DNA from: Eledone cirrhosa
Lineage: Eukaryota
Reading direction: 5' to 3'
Assembly (NCBI GenBank): GCA_964016885.1
Contig: OZ024746.1
Location: 90,148,001-90,212,000 of the forward strand
Length of the DNA: 64,000 bases
Below are positions 40,383 through 54,335 of this stretch, piece by piece. Every line of letters starts with the position of its first letter. The stretch's first letter is position 1. Below the pieces are notes generated by a model. It worked only from the letters and a program-made list of their open reading frames with translations, searched no databases and was not told where the DNA came from. The position numbers and the translations under genes were made by a program.

Positions 40383-41830
40383 TATGGGGCATTGGTCGGA
40401 CGAACCGGTTAAATTGCTCGGGGTCTTGTTCGGACCGGACCTCCAGATGGAGAAAAACTGGAGCGAGGTGACGAGCAAGGTGGCCTCCCTCACCCAGAAA
40501 TGGGCCGAGAGGAGGCTATCCCTGAAAGGCCGGGCGAAGATGGCGAAGGCGTACATCACATCCGTCATCTGCTACCGCCTTAACGTCGTCCCTTGCCCCG
40601 GCCCAACTCTCACCAAAATGCAGCGCCTCCTCTTCCGCTTTTTGTGGAACGGACGTGCTCCATGGTCAGACGATCCATCTGCTGTCAACACCCGTTGCGT
40701 GGAGGACTGGGCATGCCATGTCTGATGATGCGCAAACATGCGCTGAGGCTGCGACACCTCTGGTGCTTCCTTGACGGTGAACAGGTGTGGTCGCCGTTCG
40801 CCAGGCACGTGTTCCCACAGCTCGTCTCCTTGACGGAGCTGCGGTCCTGGGTCAGGATGAGACCGGCGATAGCACTTGAAAGCTGGAATGTCTCCAAGCG
40901 GTCACAATTTTCTACCAGCTGGGCACTAGTATCGTTGGAACATCAACCCCGGTGTTCTATAGAGGGCTAGTGGACGGAAAGGGCCACGACGTTCTTGGGG
41001 AGACACTGGGCTTCGAAGATGATCAGCTGTTCGCTCTCCTCAAGAGAACTTTCAGACCGGGGCCTATTGACAACTTCCAGAAATCCCTGGCCTGGCAGTG
41101 CTACACGGGAGTGTTGCTGGTTCGGGATATGCTCTATAGACACGGAGCTGCTGTCAGCCGAGCTTGTCCGAGATGCACGCAGGGTGAGGAAACCGTCCTG
41201 CACGCACTCGCCCAGTGCCCAAGGATTGCTGACTTGTGGATATATGTCGAACAGCTGCTGTCGCATGTAGGACGGATCCGGTTATCGACTGAGTCCATTG
41301 TTTCGTATAGCCCAGCCATCCTCCTTTAAAGAGGAGGAAGAGCAGGCAGTTTTCATCTGCCTGGTGGCCATGGCGAAAGAGATTGTGTGGGAGACAAGGT
41401 TGAAAGTGTTGAAGACGCACACTTTCCTCTCCGTCTAATGCCTGATTAACATTTTCAAGTTTCACTTCAGGAGGAAAATCAGGGCGGAGAGGCAAGTGCT
41501 GCCTTCTAGTAAGTTTGTTGAAAGGTGGGCGAAACTGGCGAGTCTAGTTCAAGTGGACGGGCCTGCTCTGATTATGCACCTGTAGACTCAGGAGTGGGAA
41601 AACTAAGAGAGGGCGCCTGTCCTGGTGGTCAGGGTGGCCGGGGTTTTGTATAGATTTCACCACGAGTGACTCACGGAGGTTTCCCCCATTTGGGGGAATT
41701 TTGTTGTTTGAAATTTTTTGATTTCCATCCCGATTTCTAACTACCAAAACCCACTTTGTATCCTCCTGTACTGTTAGGTGCTATCTCTAATGTTTTTCTT
41801 CATGTTAGCCCTTGTGGCCAATAAAGAAAC
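40383..41830 (+). mobile_element. Tx1/L1-clade ORF2 C-terminal half and 3' UTR, frameshifted
   Basis: VKLLGV...WAERRLSLKGRA...LFRFLW...GGLGMP...ACPRCTQGEETVLHALAQC; AATAAA at 41820; paralogous to 39012-39955. Confidence 0.88.
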
Positions 41831-41833
41831 CAT

Positions 41834-41988
41834 TGCCATGCTTTCCAGCATAGTTACGTCCTTTTACAGTCTGAATTCAAATCCCGCCGAAGATACTTTG
41901 CCTTTCATCCTTACGGGGTCGATAAAATAAAGTACCAGTAATGTGCTGGGTAATTGCTGGCCTTGTGCCAAAAGTAGAAACAGTTATT
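41834..41988 (+). mobile_element. SINE (main family, 5'-truncated)
   Basis: GCCATGCTTTCCAGCATAGTTACGTCC...GTAGAAACAGTTATT. Confidence 0.85.
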
Positions 41989-42389
41989 AGTATCATTGTT
42001 GTTGTTGTTGTTGTCGTTGCTGTCATTGATGATGATGGTGATTTTTCGAAAAGGTGTTCACATCCATCCTGTGCGATTGTTACAATTTCCGTTGTTACAA
42101 AGAAATATACTTTGACAATGTGTTACCGATTTCCTCGATAAATTTATTCAAAATCATATTCTCTCCACCTTTAGACCTTTAGAAGGTGCTAAAAAGTGTT
42201 GTTTTTTTTTCTTTTCAAAAAACGGCCCCTAATATATTTCTTTTGTAAACGAAACTTGGAGTACGAGGAATGCAAATCTGTTGAAAATAACAACATTCTA
42301 TCCGCAGAATTGAACGGTGAAATGGTAAAATGTCCTAGCTGCTAAAATGTTCAACACAGAAATCAACACAGGAATCGCACCAAAAATTA

Positions 42390-42527
42390 ATAATTTCTAG
42401 TATAGGCACAACGCCAGTAATGATGAAAGGCAAAGTTAAGCTCGGCGGGATTTTATCCCAGACCATAAAGGGACGTAATTCTATGTTGCAAACCATGGGG
42501 TCCGACCATTCTACTGATAGCCAATCC
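42390..42527 (-). mobile_element. SINE (main family, internally deleted and diverged)
   Basis: GATGAAAGGCAAAGTTAAGCTCGGCGGGATTT...GCCAATCC. Confidence 0.7.
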
Positions 42528-43021
42528 ATAAAAATAATTATAATAATTACAAGCAAAAAGGATACTAGCATGAACAGCTCCTTAACTACGAACAACAACA
42601 TTCATCACCACGACCACAAACATCACCAACCCCAACCCCAACATCACTTCAACAACACATATAACAGAATCAAAGTGTAAAGCTAACAGTAACACAGACA
42701 ACGACAACAAATTCACAACCAAAACAACACAAATGGTAATAATAACATGAAAAACAATAACAATAAGAACTCCAACCACAACATCAACAAAAAAAAAACC
42801 CAGCAAATACAAAACCTTCACAGGAACCGATGATGAAGCCACCCAAATGTTCAATTTGGAGGTTTTGAACAAGCGCACCTGTTTGAAGAAACGGCCAAAC
42901 CTGTAAATTTGGATAAGACTTGTTTAACATATCCCCCCTACCCGAGGTGTTGGCAACAACTGGTAAAAACACCTCGCATTTACAAATGCATGAGTGCAGA
43001 AACAAGACGGCCACTGATCCA

Positions 43022-43185
<164 letters not shown>

Positions 43186-46100
43186 TATCCTACTATTATT
43201 TGTTCGACCAACAATATTTGCATTAAACTTAGAACGAATCACAGATAATATGACATTTTGCCTGATGTAGATGTTAAGCTTTTGTATTAGGGGGAACATT
43301 TAAAGCGTTCTTTAAAATTCATTCAGTCTTACTCTATACACTTCCATGTTTTTATTGTCACTTATGAAACCGAAATACCGCTTTCAAATTCACGCAGTAG
43401 TTTGGAGAATATTGTCCAAAAAGAGCCACTTCTTTAACATTTTATATCTATTTGATGATTTTCACTCTTTTTATATTAATTGTTATTTTTTTTATAAATT
43501 AAGGTTAAACATTCCGAATCTCAAGCCAAGAATAATCTCCATCCAGGTGTCAAACGTTCTTCCACGATTCTGTGTATTTTGCGTAGGATGAATATTCAAA
43601 TGTATCGTTTGACGTTATCTTTTTTTACATTAATGTTAGTTATCAACTCAAACGAAACAGGTGGAATATATATGGTATTTCCAGAGGAAATCCTTAGATC
43701 ATATTTTACCTCCATGGTGTTAGCATGATTATTCTAAATAACCTGAACTTTTGGGAGCGTTTTTTCACTATATTAAATTTCACTGTCTGGCAGCATCTAC
43801 TTTGCTTCCGTTTTCACGAACGAAAAAATATATTTGCCTTTTTCCTGATGTTACTATTGCTATGGAAATCCAATAATCCGTGCTGACAGGCAATGAATCA
43901 TCAGCCAATGATACAAAATTGATGTCAGTTTTCATGAGTGTCACTTTTCATTTCAAACTTGTTTCTCATACATAAGAAAAATATTTCTACAATTTTTAAA
44001 GTTAATTGAATTTTGCTACAATTTTTTTTCAAATAATCAGAAACATGAAGATATGATGTTTTATTTTAAAATGATTATATAGAATATTTTATTTAACATT
44101 TTGGAATTTTTCATTTCAGGAATAAAAACTACACATCAATTTTATTAATGATGAGTGTAGCATCTTAGCGGAAATAGCAATCGAGAAGAAAAGACGCGTG
44201 CTATCTCTTTTGAATTGAGACAGAAACAGATTTATAAAGATAAAAATATATATATATATATAATCCATTCAGTTTTGAAACGAAGACTATGAGAAGCTTT
44301 TAGAGAAATATTCATATTTTTCATCTTAATTATAAAGCAATTTCCTCTACCTCAACTTAAGGCATTAACAAAAACATATTTGAATTCCATTTGTAACGCT
44401 CTGCTAAATACAGGTCCGTCGGAATTCTGCAAATGGTAAATATTTATGAAACACTTACCGAACATAGTTACAGGAATATATTTGCTTTCGATGTCAGACA
44501 GAAAAATATCAGGAAGCATTCATTTAAGAGCACGGCAATAAAGTCTGTGTATAAATGCGTAATGATTAATCGGTTCACGTATAGGACGGATAATCACGTA
44601 GAAATGTATGTGAATCTTGGTGATGTCTTTACTCAGGGGTTAAACGAATGTAATAAATTATGTACGCAATATAGACACATGTCCTATTGATTCTGCCATT
44701 CATAAATCTATTTATTATGTAATTCGAATATTATATGAATCATCATTTCATAATTAAATATTAGTCTTAATAATATAAATTTATTTTGAATAATAACAAA
44801 ATTGTAATATAAATATAATATACATCTCTCAGTAATTAAGCAACATGCACACATTTCATCGGCTTTAGTAATAGGAATGCAGCTAGGAAAATGATATATT
44901 TTTAAATAAAGTTCAAGAAAAATCGATTATGGAAACAATTATCTGCCCAATATTAATGGATAACACATTTATACGAACTCCAGTAAGCATATCAAAGGAT
45001 TACTCTTTAGGATTATGAATTGTGTTAAAGATAATCTCAAGAATTACGTATATGAATACATATTTTATATATCTATGTGGCCTGGAGTGCCGTGGAGAAT
45101 ATATCTTCACTAATATGAATGTTAGTCAAAGGTAAATGTTAATTTCACATACCTGTTAAACTGAGGTCAATATTAATTCAAGGATATGCTGCAGATGTTC
45201 CTCCTCTCCCTCGAGGATAAGTGTTATGTCATCATATAGAAATATAGTAAGAACGTTTAAATGTTGATCCACAACCAAAATAGTTCCACATAATGCACTG
45301 TGTGTATATTAGAAAATGATGCACTAACACACACCCGCAGAATAAAGTCCAAATATACATCACTGTGTTCTGTTCAAATTACCCTATAGTCATAAACCAG
45401 GAGAACATCCCCATGACGTTAACTAGCAGATCATTTACGACGACGTCTTTGTCTGATCTTTGGGAAGGAATTAATCTGACGAAATTAAATTATTTAAGGT
45501 TGGCATTCTTGAAATATCCCGCAACAAGTAATTAGAATTAAGAATGAAATTACGCATAAAAATAAATGGAAATATGCTATACATTTCAATACTTATAAAA
45601 CTAAAAATGAAGTAAAGGAATGTCGAATATAAAACGAATACATCAGGTGAAATCAGTGGAAAATTATAATTATTTATATTTTTTTCTTATTCCGACACGC
45701 TCACGGAAGAGGGTGGAGTGATTATGTATAAAGAATGTCATAAAACATTTGATATTTCTTCTTGTAGTATGTCGAGACGGCAGATGCTTGGAATATGGGA
45801 ATCCAATTTGCTTAAGAATGAATGTTTTCAAATATTTACGTATTAGATGCTGCAATTTCCTTTTAAACGTGAGATTCCTCGGTTCATCGTTGACCTTTCA
45901 TACTTTCATTTGTATAATCGAGTGAAGGAGATGTATTTTACGAAGATAGATAAGCAGATAAATGAATAAGATGTTACAAAAAGAATACAATGCATGCACA
46001 TATTTTGCAAGTTTTTAAACCATAAACCTGCAACGTACCGTGCTATATAGAGCTATATAAGGGTATAATGGGGGATGGCAGTGAACTGTAATATTCCTGG

Positions 46101-47077
46101 TTCCAGCCCCACAACATATCATATCAACCTCTATTTATTGAGGTGACACAAAATTACTCACCTGAATAATTCCTGTACCATGATCACAATCTAGACATTA
46201 TTGATCTAAATCCAGCAAGCAGTATATTTCCAAGAAAGACCAAAGAACATTGACAGTTACTTGAAGATATCAGACAGATAATGTAGTTTTCATTCCTTTC
46301 ATAGTACACGTATATTTATGCTTATGCTAATGATTGATAAGTGAGGTAGGACAGCATAGAATAACAGCATGATCCTGGCATATTAAGTGAATATATCGAG
46401 TTAAATTAATAACATTCACGTGTATCAAAATACATTTACGCCTGAAATACTACAGAGAATAATTAACCTCTATTTTCTCTAATCTATTTTCTCTAATCTA
46501 TTCAATAGCAGAATGTTATAACACACAGGATTAATTAATCGCTGCAATGGTAATTGTTAACATTAGTATGGTATTTTTATTAATAATTTGAATTTTGCAC
46601 TATAGGATTGACACGCATAGTTGTAAAGCTTCAAATTAACTGCATACACATGAATGCAATCAAACGCACACACAGACACACACACAGAGAAAAGTACATA
46701 CATAGGTAGTTTTACACTCATAAAACTTATAAACACACGTTATATTTCCTGTATTATGTATGCAAATGTGCATCTCCAGCAAGTGTTCATGACTCAAACT
46801 CCGGATTGGCTCTAGTCTATTTCCCTGCTAGTACTGATTGAATGGTTGTCACTGTTCAAATATTAATATATCTAGAAACAGTATTGTCTGACATTCTCAA
46901 ACATGATAACTGTGTGGTCACAGTCTTTTTTTGTCTCTCATGAGAAATTATGTTTCTATAATGGCGTGGCTAACTAATTATTTTATATAAACATATAGTA
47001 TGCATCGCTATAATACTAAAATACTGGATTAGTGCTATTGCCAATTAATATATATATATATGTATATATAGGATAAA

Positions 47078-47300
47078 CTATGACCCCCCCCCCCCCCCCG
47101 ACAGTAGACCTCAAGCCGTTTCGACGGCTACTTCTGGACTAAAGAAAACTCTTACTTTACTCCAGAATTAGCTGTCGAAACGGCTTGATATCTGCCGTCG
47201 GAGTCATACTTTCTCCTATTAACCACTTTATTACCTTAAGTATTGAGTACTCTCGTGCGTTATGGTCCATCTGGTGCCTTACCACAACTCCTTCGTTATA
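47078..47300. mobile_element. Fold-back element (family H); related copies at 11325-11415(-) and 51184-51335(-)
   Basis: Hairpin TCAAGCCGTTTCGACGGCTA / TAGCTGTCGAAACGGCTTGA; the tail is the reverse complement of TATAACGAAGGA...GTACTCAATACTT. Confidence 0.7.
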
Positions 47301-47352
47301 TGTATAAATATATATATAATATTATTATAATATCATCATATTATTAATATGC

Positions 47353-47633
47353 GGTTTGTTTACATGTAAACAGACTCATAAAACACCACGTTGTACATGA
47401 CGTCGTTATCCTTTTTGTCCAGTGGTAGCTGAGAGAAAGTATTCGACAATTGACGCTTCCAGTGGAGAGTACAGAGCTGCTGAATACACAATGTTGACGA
47501 GGAGCAAGACACACTGAAACAATTAACAGTTGTCAATTGTCGATCGCTTTCACTCATATACCACTGGGACAAGATGATGACAACTTCATCTAGCACGTAT
47601 TCTTGTATGAGTCTGTTTACTTGTAAACAAACC
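47353..47633. mobile_element. MITE-like non-autonomous DNA transposon
   Basis: Terminal inverted repeats GGTTTGTTTACATGTAAACAGACTCATA / TATGAGTCTGTTTACTTGTAAACAAACC, imperfectly extending ~105 bp inward; no ORF. Confidence 0.75.
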
Positions 47634-47689
47634 AAATATTGATAATATTATAATATTATTATTATAATACTGTTATTCACTCAACAATA

Positions 47690-47795
<106 letters not shown>

Positions 47796-47804
47796 GTATA
47801 TATA

Positions 47805-48515
47805 TAAGTGTTGTAATAATATTGCCAGAAATAATAACCGAACACACACACTGGTTGGTTGGTTTTCGCTTCTGTAAAAATAGAAAATGTGTTATATGTA
47901 AAGTAAACCACCAGATAAACTGTAACAACTAGAAATGTAGTCTATAGCATACGATGTACAGAGAGTGCTTGGAGAAACATGACAACAATATACATAAGCG
48001 AGGCACCTCGAAGCATAGGAGAAAGGATAGACCAACACTGGGGGTATTAAATAGCGAAAAAATGCTTCAGTGCTATATGAACACGGCAGACAACAACATG
48101 ACACTAACATAGACAACAGAAATTAAAATAATATCTAAACATAGAAATGACCAAGCAGATAGGCAAATAAATAAACATATTAAATAAAGATGGCGTAGAC
48201 ATACAATACAACAGGAGGAACATAATGGTACCACTGATCATGTAGCAGATGTGCAACGAAAGAACTTTGTTGACTATATATATGTGTATATATATCTATA
48301 TTATATCTGTAATTTTGACCGTTGGTCAGTCAATGATAAATATTGAGAGCCAAATGAATTAACTGTGGAGATATAAAAGATACAAAAGCGAAAACCAACA
48401 AAACAGTGAGTATGTTCTGTTATTATTTCTGGCAATATTATTACAACAGTATGACCCTCCTCAAGTATAACAATATTTGTTTCGACACACGATTTAATAT
48501 AAAAAACCTCGCAAA

Positions 48516-48520
<5 letters not shown>
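47805..48520 (+). mobile_element. PLE family B: short inverted pLTR piece, degenerate GIY-YIG, then pLTR
   Basis: [17 protein letters not shown]...RNVVYSIRCTE...LYEHGRQQH; HHR core mutated to CTGATCA at 48234. Confidence 0.8.
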
Positions 48521-48600
<80 letters not shown>

Positions 48601-48644
48601 TTATTATATATATGACATTTATTATATATATATATATATATATA

Positions 48645-49075
48645 TATTGTTATACTTTGGGAGGGTCATGTTGCCAATAAGAAACACACGCACCAGAAGC
48701 TTTCACTTCAATTTATTATAATAGATTTATAAATTTAGGAATTTATAAAATTCTGGTTGGTTGGTTCCACAACCAGATAGTTGTTTATATATTGTCAAAG
48801 TTCTTTCGTCACACATTATGTGACCTCTTCAGTGACAGGGGATTATTTTCTTTGTTTTTCTGCCTCTCCTTTGTTCTGTCCTACGCCATTTTGTTTCTGT
48901 GTGTGTGTTGTGTGCTCAGTCTGCGCATGCGCCACATCCGGGTGTCTGTGTGTGTTTATATTAGTTTATTTATTTGTTTATTTACATGTTACCGGTTGGA
49001 TGTTGGTTCTATGTGCGTGTGTGTTTTCATGTTGCCCTTAATTGCAAGTTGTGATGTTGCTGTTCCACTCATATT
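48645..49075 (-). mobile_element. PLE pLTR related to family B; fold-back copy of its tail at 51972-52315
   Basis: Shares TATTGTTATACTTTGGGAGGGTCAT, TGCGCATGCGC and CCTACGCCAT with family B; contains (GGTT)n. Confidence 0.7.
48793..48837 (-). ncRNA. Type I HHR motif, well formed
   Basis: TGTCA-CTGAAGA-G-GTCACA(TAATG)TGTGAC-GAAA-GAAC-TT-TGACA; stems I and II are perfect. Confidence 0.75.
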
Positions 49076-49076
49076 T

Positions 49077-49201
<125 letters not shown>

Positions 49202-49265
49202 AATTTAATATATATGAAATATATATAAATGTACATTTAAAAACTGACTAACATCTTTCTTGCAG

Positions 49266-49302
49266 GATTATAAAAAGGCATATAACTGTAGCGTATTAAC
49301 AT
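49266..49302 (+). other. Candidate 37-nt micro-exon
   Basis: Branch point TGACTAAC, then ATCTTTCTTGCAG|GATTAT...AACAT|GTAAGT; the only open frame is DYKKAYNCSVLT. Confidence 0.35.
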
Positions 49303-51971
49303 GTAAGTGTCCGTTTGATTCGTAATATTTGTGATGAAGTAAACAGCTTTATATAATTTTCATAAAAGCGCAATATACATATATAAACATTTTCCTTTGC
49401 GCATACATATTTAAATTATTTCAGGATTACCATATGTGCAGCAATATCTTTTCACATAAATTGGCCTTTTTGCAGCTATCACTTAAATGCTAACATAATT
49501 GCAATAAATAAATGCTAAATATATATTTCGTGGTATATCTAAAATGCTTTCTAATTTGCCTTGAAATGTTATCACAAGTTAACCCAGGTGAATTTCTATT
49601 GTTAATTTGATTGTAAACAGACTTACCACTATGCAGTAACAAGTAAATATAGAATAGTCGAGTAGCATGCTAGTGTAAGCAACATATGATTAGAAGGGTT
49701 GAAATGTTTTTTTCCCCGTTTGAATTTATGTATAAATAGGAATGTAAATGCTACGTTAAAACAACTCTCAGTGAACCAAAACTTCATGAATTATAGCAGG
49801 AGAAATGAATAGTTTTGAAAAAGAGGAAAATATTGGAATTCACCACGTTACTGCAGCTTCATAAATGTATTTAAAAATTGTTAATTGAGCTTAAACATAT
49901 GTAAATAAAAAGCGTATTTTAATTAATTTCTAATATTGATTTATTTTATCTAATTTTTATGTGAAAATGAACATTATGATATTTATAGTTTAATATATTT
50001 TTAACTACAGCCACAATTATTCCAAGATATATTATATGGCCAATGTTCGTAGTTGCATTCCTTTCATTATTGAGTTTACATCTTCAAATCAAATGTTGCT
50101 AACAGCGTGTTGTAATGACGAGAAACATAATGAATAAAGCAGGAAGGTATTTTACTGTCATAATTTAGTTCGTGTTATGATGCGGTAGTTGATCTGAGAA
50201 CATTGTTCGAGATAGATAGAACTAATTCAATAAAATCACACATATATTTGGAAACTTACATAAAAACACCTAACCATGAAATGATGTACCTAGAGTGAAC
50301 GTAAAAATTGGGTCTTATTTTCAAGGATATATTTTTATGTAGGAACGTATTAATTTTTAGAGTAAATATATATCTTCATATCCGCACTCTAGTATCTTTC
50401 ATATAACATATATTTATTTGAACTCAAACTTCTTTATTTTCAATATACCAAACAGCATCGTTCACAATATCCAATTATTTTAGCTTCCTGTTTTGACATA
50501 CGGCATATCAGGTGCACTTGAAACAGCATGGAATCTACACGACTCCAGATCTATACAAACTCAATTTTTTTATATATCTCTAATGCGGGAAAGTAAAAAA
50601 GAGATATGGATAACAATTCCATGCCTGTACTGAATTAATATTGTTTTATCGACCTCGAAAATATGAATAGCAAAATTAACTTTGATGTTATTTGAAATCA
50701 GAGTGCGATGTCATTCGGAGTGTTAATACCGCAATGAATTTCTTTCCTTTATACATAAGAATGTATGTATACAGATATAAATAAATATATATATGTATGT
50801 GTATGTGTGTGTGTGTGTGTGTGGATGTGTGTGTGTGTGTCTGTGTGTGTGTGTGTGTGTATGTGTGAGAGAGAGAGAGTGTGTGTGTGTATATGAAACG
50901 CTTTCCAATATAAAGCGTGAAACTAATCGTGCCTTGTACCTCTGTTTGTTGAATTTTTGAACTATATATATATATATGAAAACAGGGAGAAACAGACGAT
51001 TATGAGGAAGAAAAATATGTTTTCCTTTTTTTTTGTGTCTCTCTCTCTTTTTTCTGGGTTAGAAAATGATTAAAACGAAATGTTTTACTTTGTGTGAAGT
51101 GTTAAGGTATTAGTTTATTTATTTATTATTTAACAATGGCATTTATTTATCTATTTATATATTTAATTATTGTCTATATATATATAACGAAGGAAGTTTG
51201 GTGAGGAACACCAGGTGTACCATAACGCACCAGATTACTCAATACTTAAGGTAGCAGAGTGGGTAATAGGAAATATTCAAGACCCCGACGGCAGAGCTCA
51301 AGCCATTTCATCAGCTATTTCTGGACTCCAGACGCTTTGACAACTATATATATATTAGACAACTAATGATGGATAATCCTGACTTCTAAATCTTCATTTA
51401 TTATAAATAAATGCAACAACACAGCTCGCCATTTTTTATTCATATATGCTTTCCCCTTTGCTGACACCTGTCTTTTTTCTCTTCCCTTGCTGCTATCCTC
51501 TTTCTCTCTCCCACTTCTCTCTCATTCTCCCTTTTACTTCCACTCACCCCCTCTGCTAGTCACCCTCTCTCGGCTAGCCTGTTCTTCGCTCTTTCACTCA
51601 CTCACTCTCTGCTACTCACCCTCTCTCTCACTTCCTCCATCGTGCCATACCGTATGCGATCTTTCCTCTCGCTCACATCCGTACAGCTAAGATGTGTCTT
51701 TTCGTTCTCGTCAATATTTGCCCAAGCTTATGTTCGAAATGAATTATTGACTTGATTTGTTCATGTTTTCCTCTCATTCGTGTCTGTTTACCTGTCATTC
51801 TCTTTCTCCACCCAACTCTTTTCATCCTAATAAATTATTTTAGTTATTGTATCGCCCTAGACAGAGGTATATTGTCCGTAATGCGAAGAAATACCTATGA
51901 TGTCTAGTAGACAACTAATGATTGATATTCCTGACTTCTATTTCTAATTCTTCATTTTATATATATATATA

Positions 51972-52315
51972 TATTGTTATACTTTGGGAGGGTCATGTTG
52001 CCAATAAGAAACACACGCACCAGTTGCATTCACTTCAATTTATTTTATATTTATAAATTTATAAATTTACAAATCTACAAACTTATAAATTTCTGGTTGG
52101 TTGGTTTCACAACCAGATAGTTGTGGAACCAACCAACCAACCAACCAGAAATTTATAAGTTTGTAGATTTGTAAATTTATAAATTTATAAATATATAATA
52201 AATTGAAGTAAAAGCAACTGGTGCGTGTGTTTCATATTGGCAACATGACCTTCCCAAAGTATAACAATATCGGTTTCAACACACGATTTCAGATAAAGAA
52301 TCTTGCTAAACAAAT
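51972..52315. repeat. Inverted repeat of a PLE tail with (GGTT)/(AACC) at the inner ends
   Basis: 51972-52108 is inverted relative to ~52126-52270. Confidence 0.8.
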
Positions 52316-52322
52316 TCAGAAA

Positions 52323-52488
<166 letters not shown>

Positions 52489-52604
52489 TTATATATCTAT
52501 ATATATATATAAATATATAAATATATAGATAAATTAAAAAAATATATATATATATATAGTGCCACAGCATGGCCTCAGCCGGATGGCTGAAACAGGTAAA
52601 AGAG

Positions 52605-52636
<32 letters not shown>

Positions 52637-53406
52637 CTGTTGAACCGTAAAGGTGTAGGTGCGCGTGTTAGTATATAGATAACTTAGTATGTTAAATATA
52701 CTTATATAATGAAAATGCCGTGTAAGTGTTTGCTTTTACATTTAACATTTGTTTCTTGATATTTCTTACATATTGCCGTTCCCATCCATCACGTTCTCTA
52801 ACCTCACATGCATATTTCAAAGTCGTTTTTCTCTACGCATTCATTTTCTTCATATTCCAATCTCTAATAGTATATATTTGGTTATTTCACTTTTTCTCGT
52901 CAGTAGAATTCTAAAACACATATATACTTCTGTTGTTTTTTCTGCTTCAAGTGACTTATTTTTCCTCACTAGTGCAACATGGCACGAAGGATGAAATGCA
53001 TGTTCAATGATTTTTGCTTTGAGATGTCAAAAGTTATTTCTTAATCGGCTTGCATTAGCTAGATGAATGCACTTAAGAATTGTATTATGGTAGCTTTGAT
53101 TAAATTTAAAGATATCTGTGTTGCTAAATGATATTGACTGCATTTATTCCGACTGAAACATGTCATATCGACTTTTTGTCACTTTCAATTTTTATTCTTC
53201 ATCAAGCCATTACAATTTTTCGTCAATACTGACAGTTTTCTCCGAAACACTGCTATCTCCATTACAAAGTTATAAAGATATATTCATAATAAAAATGGTA
53301 ATACGCCGCAAGAGCACCTGCAACTATATATATATAAGTATATATACATGTATATGTATATAGAGATTAAAATAAACGAAAAAATCACAGGGGGCAATTG
53401 TACACA

Positions 53407-53500
<94 letters not shown>

Positions 53501-53869
53501 ATGTGTGAACGCATTCGATTGCTGTACGTGCCAGCTTCTATATCGGATGAACTAACTATATTAACGGAAAAGCTTGGCGGCATCAGCTAGAGGAAATACA
53601 GCTCTGTGCTATTTGTATATCATACACAAATTTCTTTATCTAATGGATACAGCTTCATGTCACTTGTGATCTCTATGAATATACTAGGTGCGAGACGGTG
53701 GTAGACTTTAATACGAGAGAGGAATTCGGTCAAGAAATAGAAGGGATCTTGTAGGAATAACATGCCTATTCTAACGAGTAACTATGTGGTATATAGATGC
53801 CTAAACATACACACACATACACACACGCACGCACACACAAACACATATATGTATAAATATATATACATA

Positions 53870-53929
<60 letters not shown>

Positions 53930-54250
53930 AATTTCTTCCACAACATGTTCGGCATTCAAACTCAGCCAATTTGTACTTAAGAAAATACTTTATATGTTCA
54001 ACCGTTCAACACATTGGCAGAGAGGTATACAGTCCTGATGAAGGGTACTGATCCTGGAGCATGTTGATAGTTCTTCAAAGCCAGTGTTGAATAAACAGAT
54101 ACGAGTGGTCACCGACACGGTACAACTCTTAATCGGGCTCGTTTGTTGTACACACACTTTCATATTGTTTACACATATGAACTTGTGTGTTCGAATGCAT
54201 ACTTACTTTTGCTTTACGGGTTTGGCAGTTCTGATGCATTTCAATTTTAT
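53930..54250 (+). mobile_element. Probable PLE pLTR fragment with degenerate HHR
   Basis: AGTC-CTGATGA-AGGGT(ACTG)ATCCT-GGAG(GAAA mutated)-CATG-TT-GAT, then AATAAA; bounded by (TA)n. Confidence 0.45.
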
Positions 54251-54258
54251 ATATATAC

Positions 54259-54329
<71 letters not shown>

Positions 54330-54335
<6 letters not shown>

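Noticed and set aside
51357-51960. Direct repeat AGACAACTAATGAT...CCTGACTTCTA (51357 and 51910) as an LTR pair
   Set aside because: Only ~45 bp, with no TG...CA ends, primer-binding site or ORF; more likely a partial tandem of a pLTR-type unit, and no HHR core was found.
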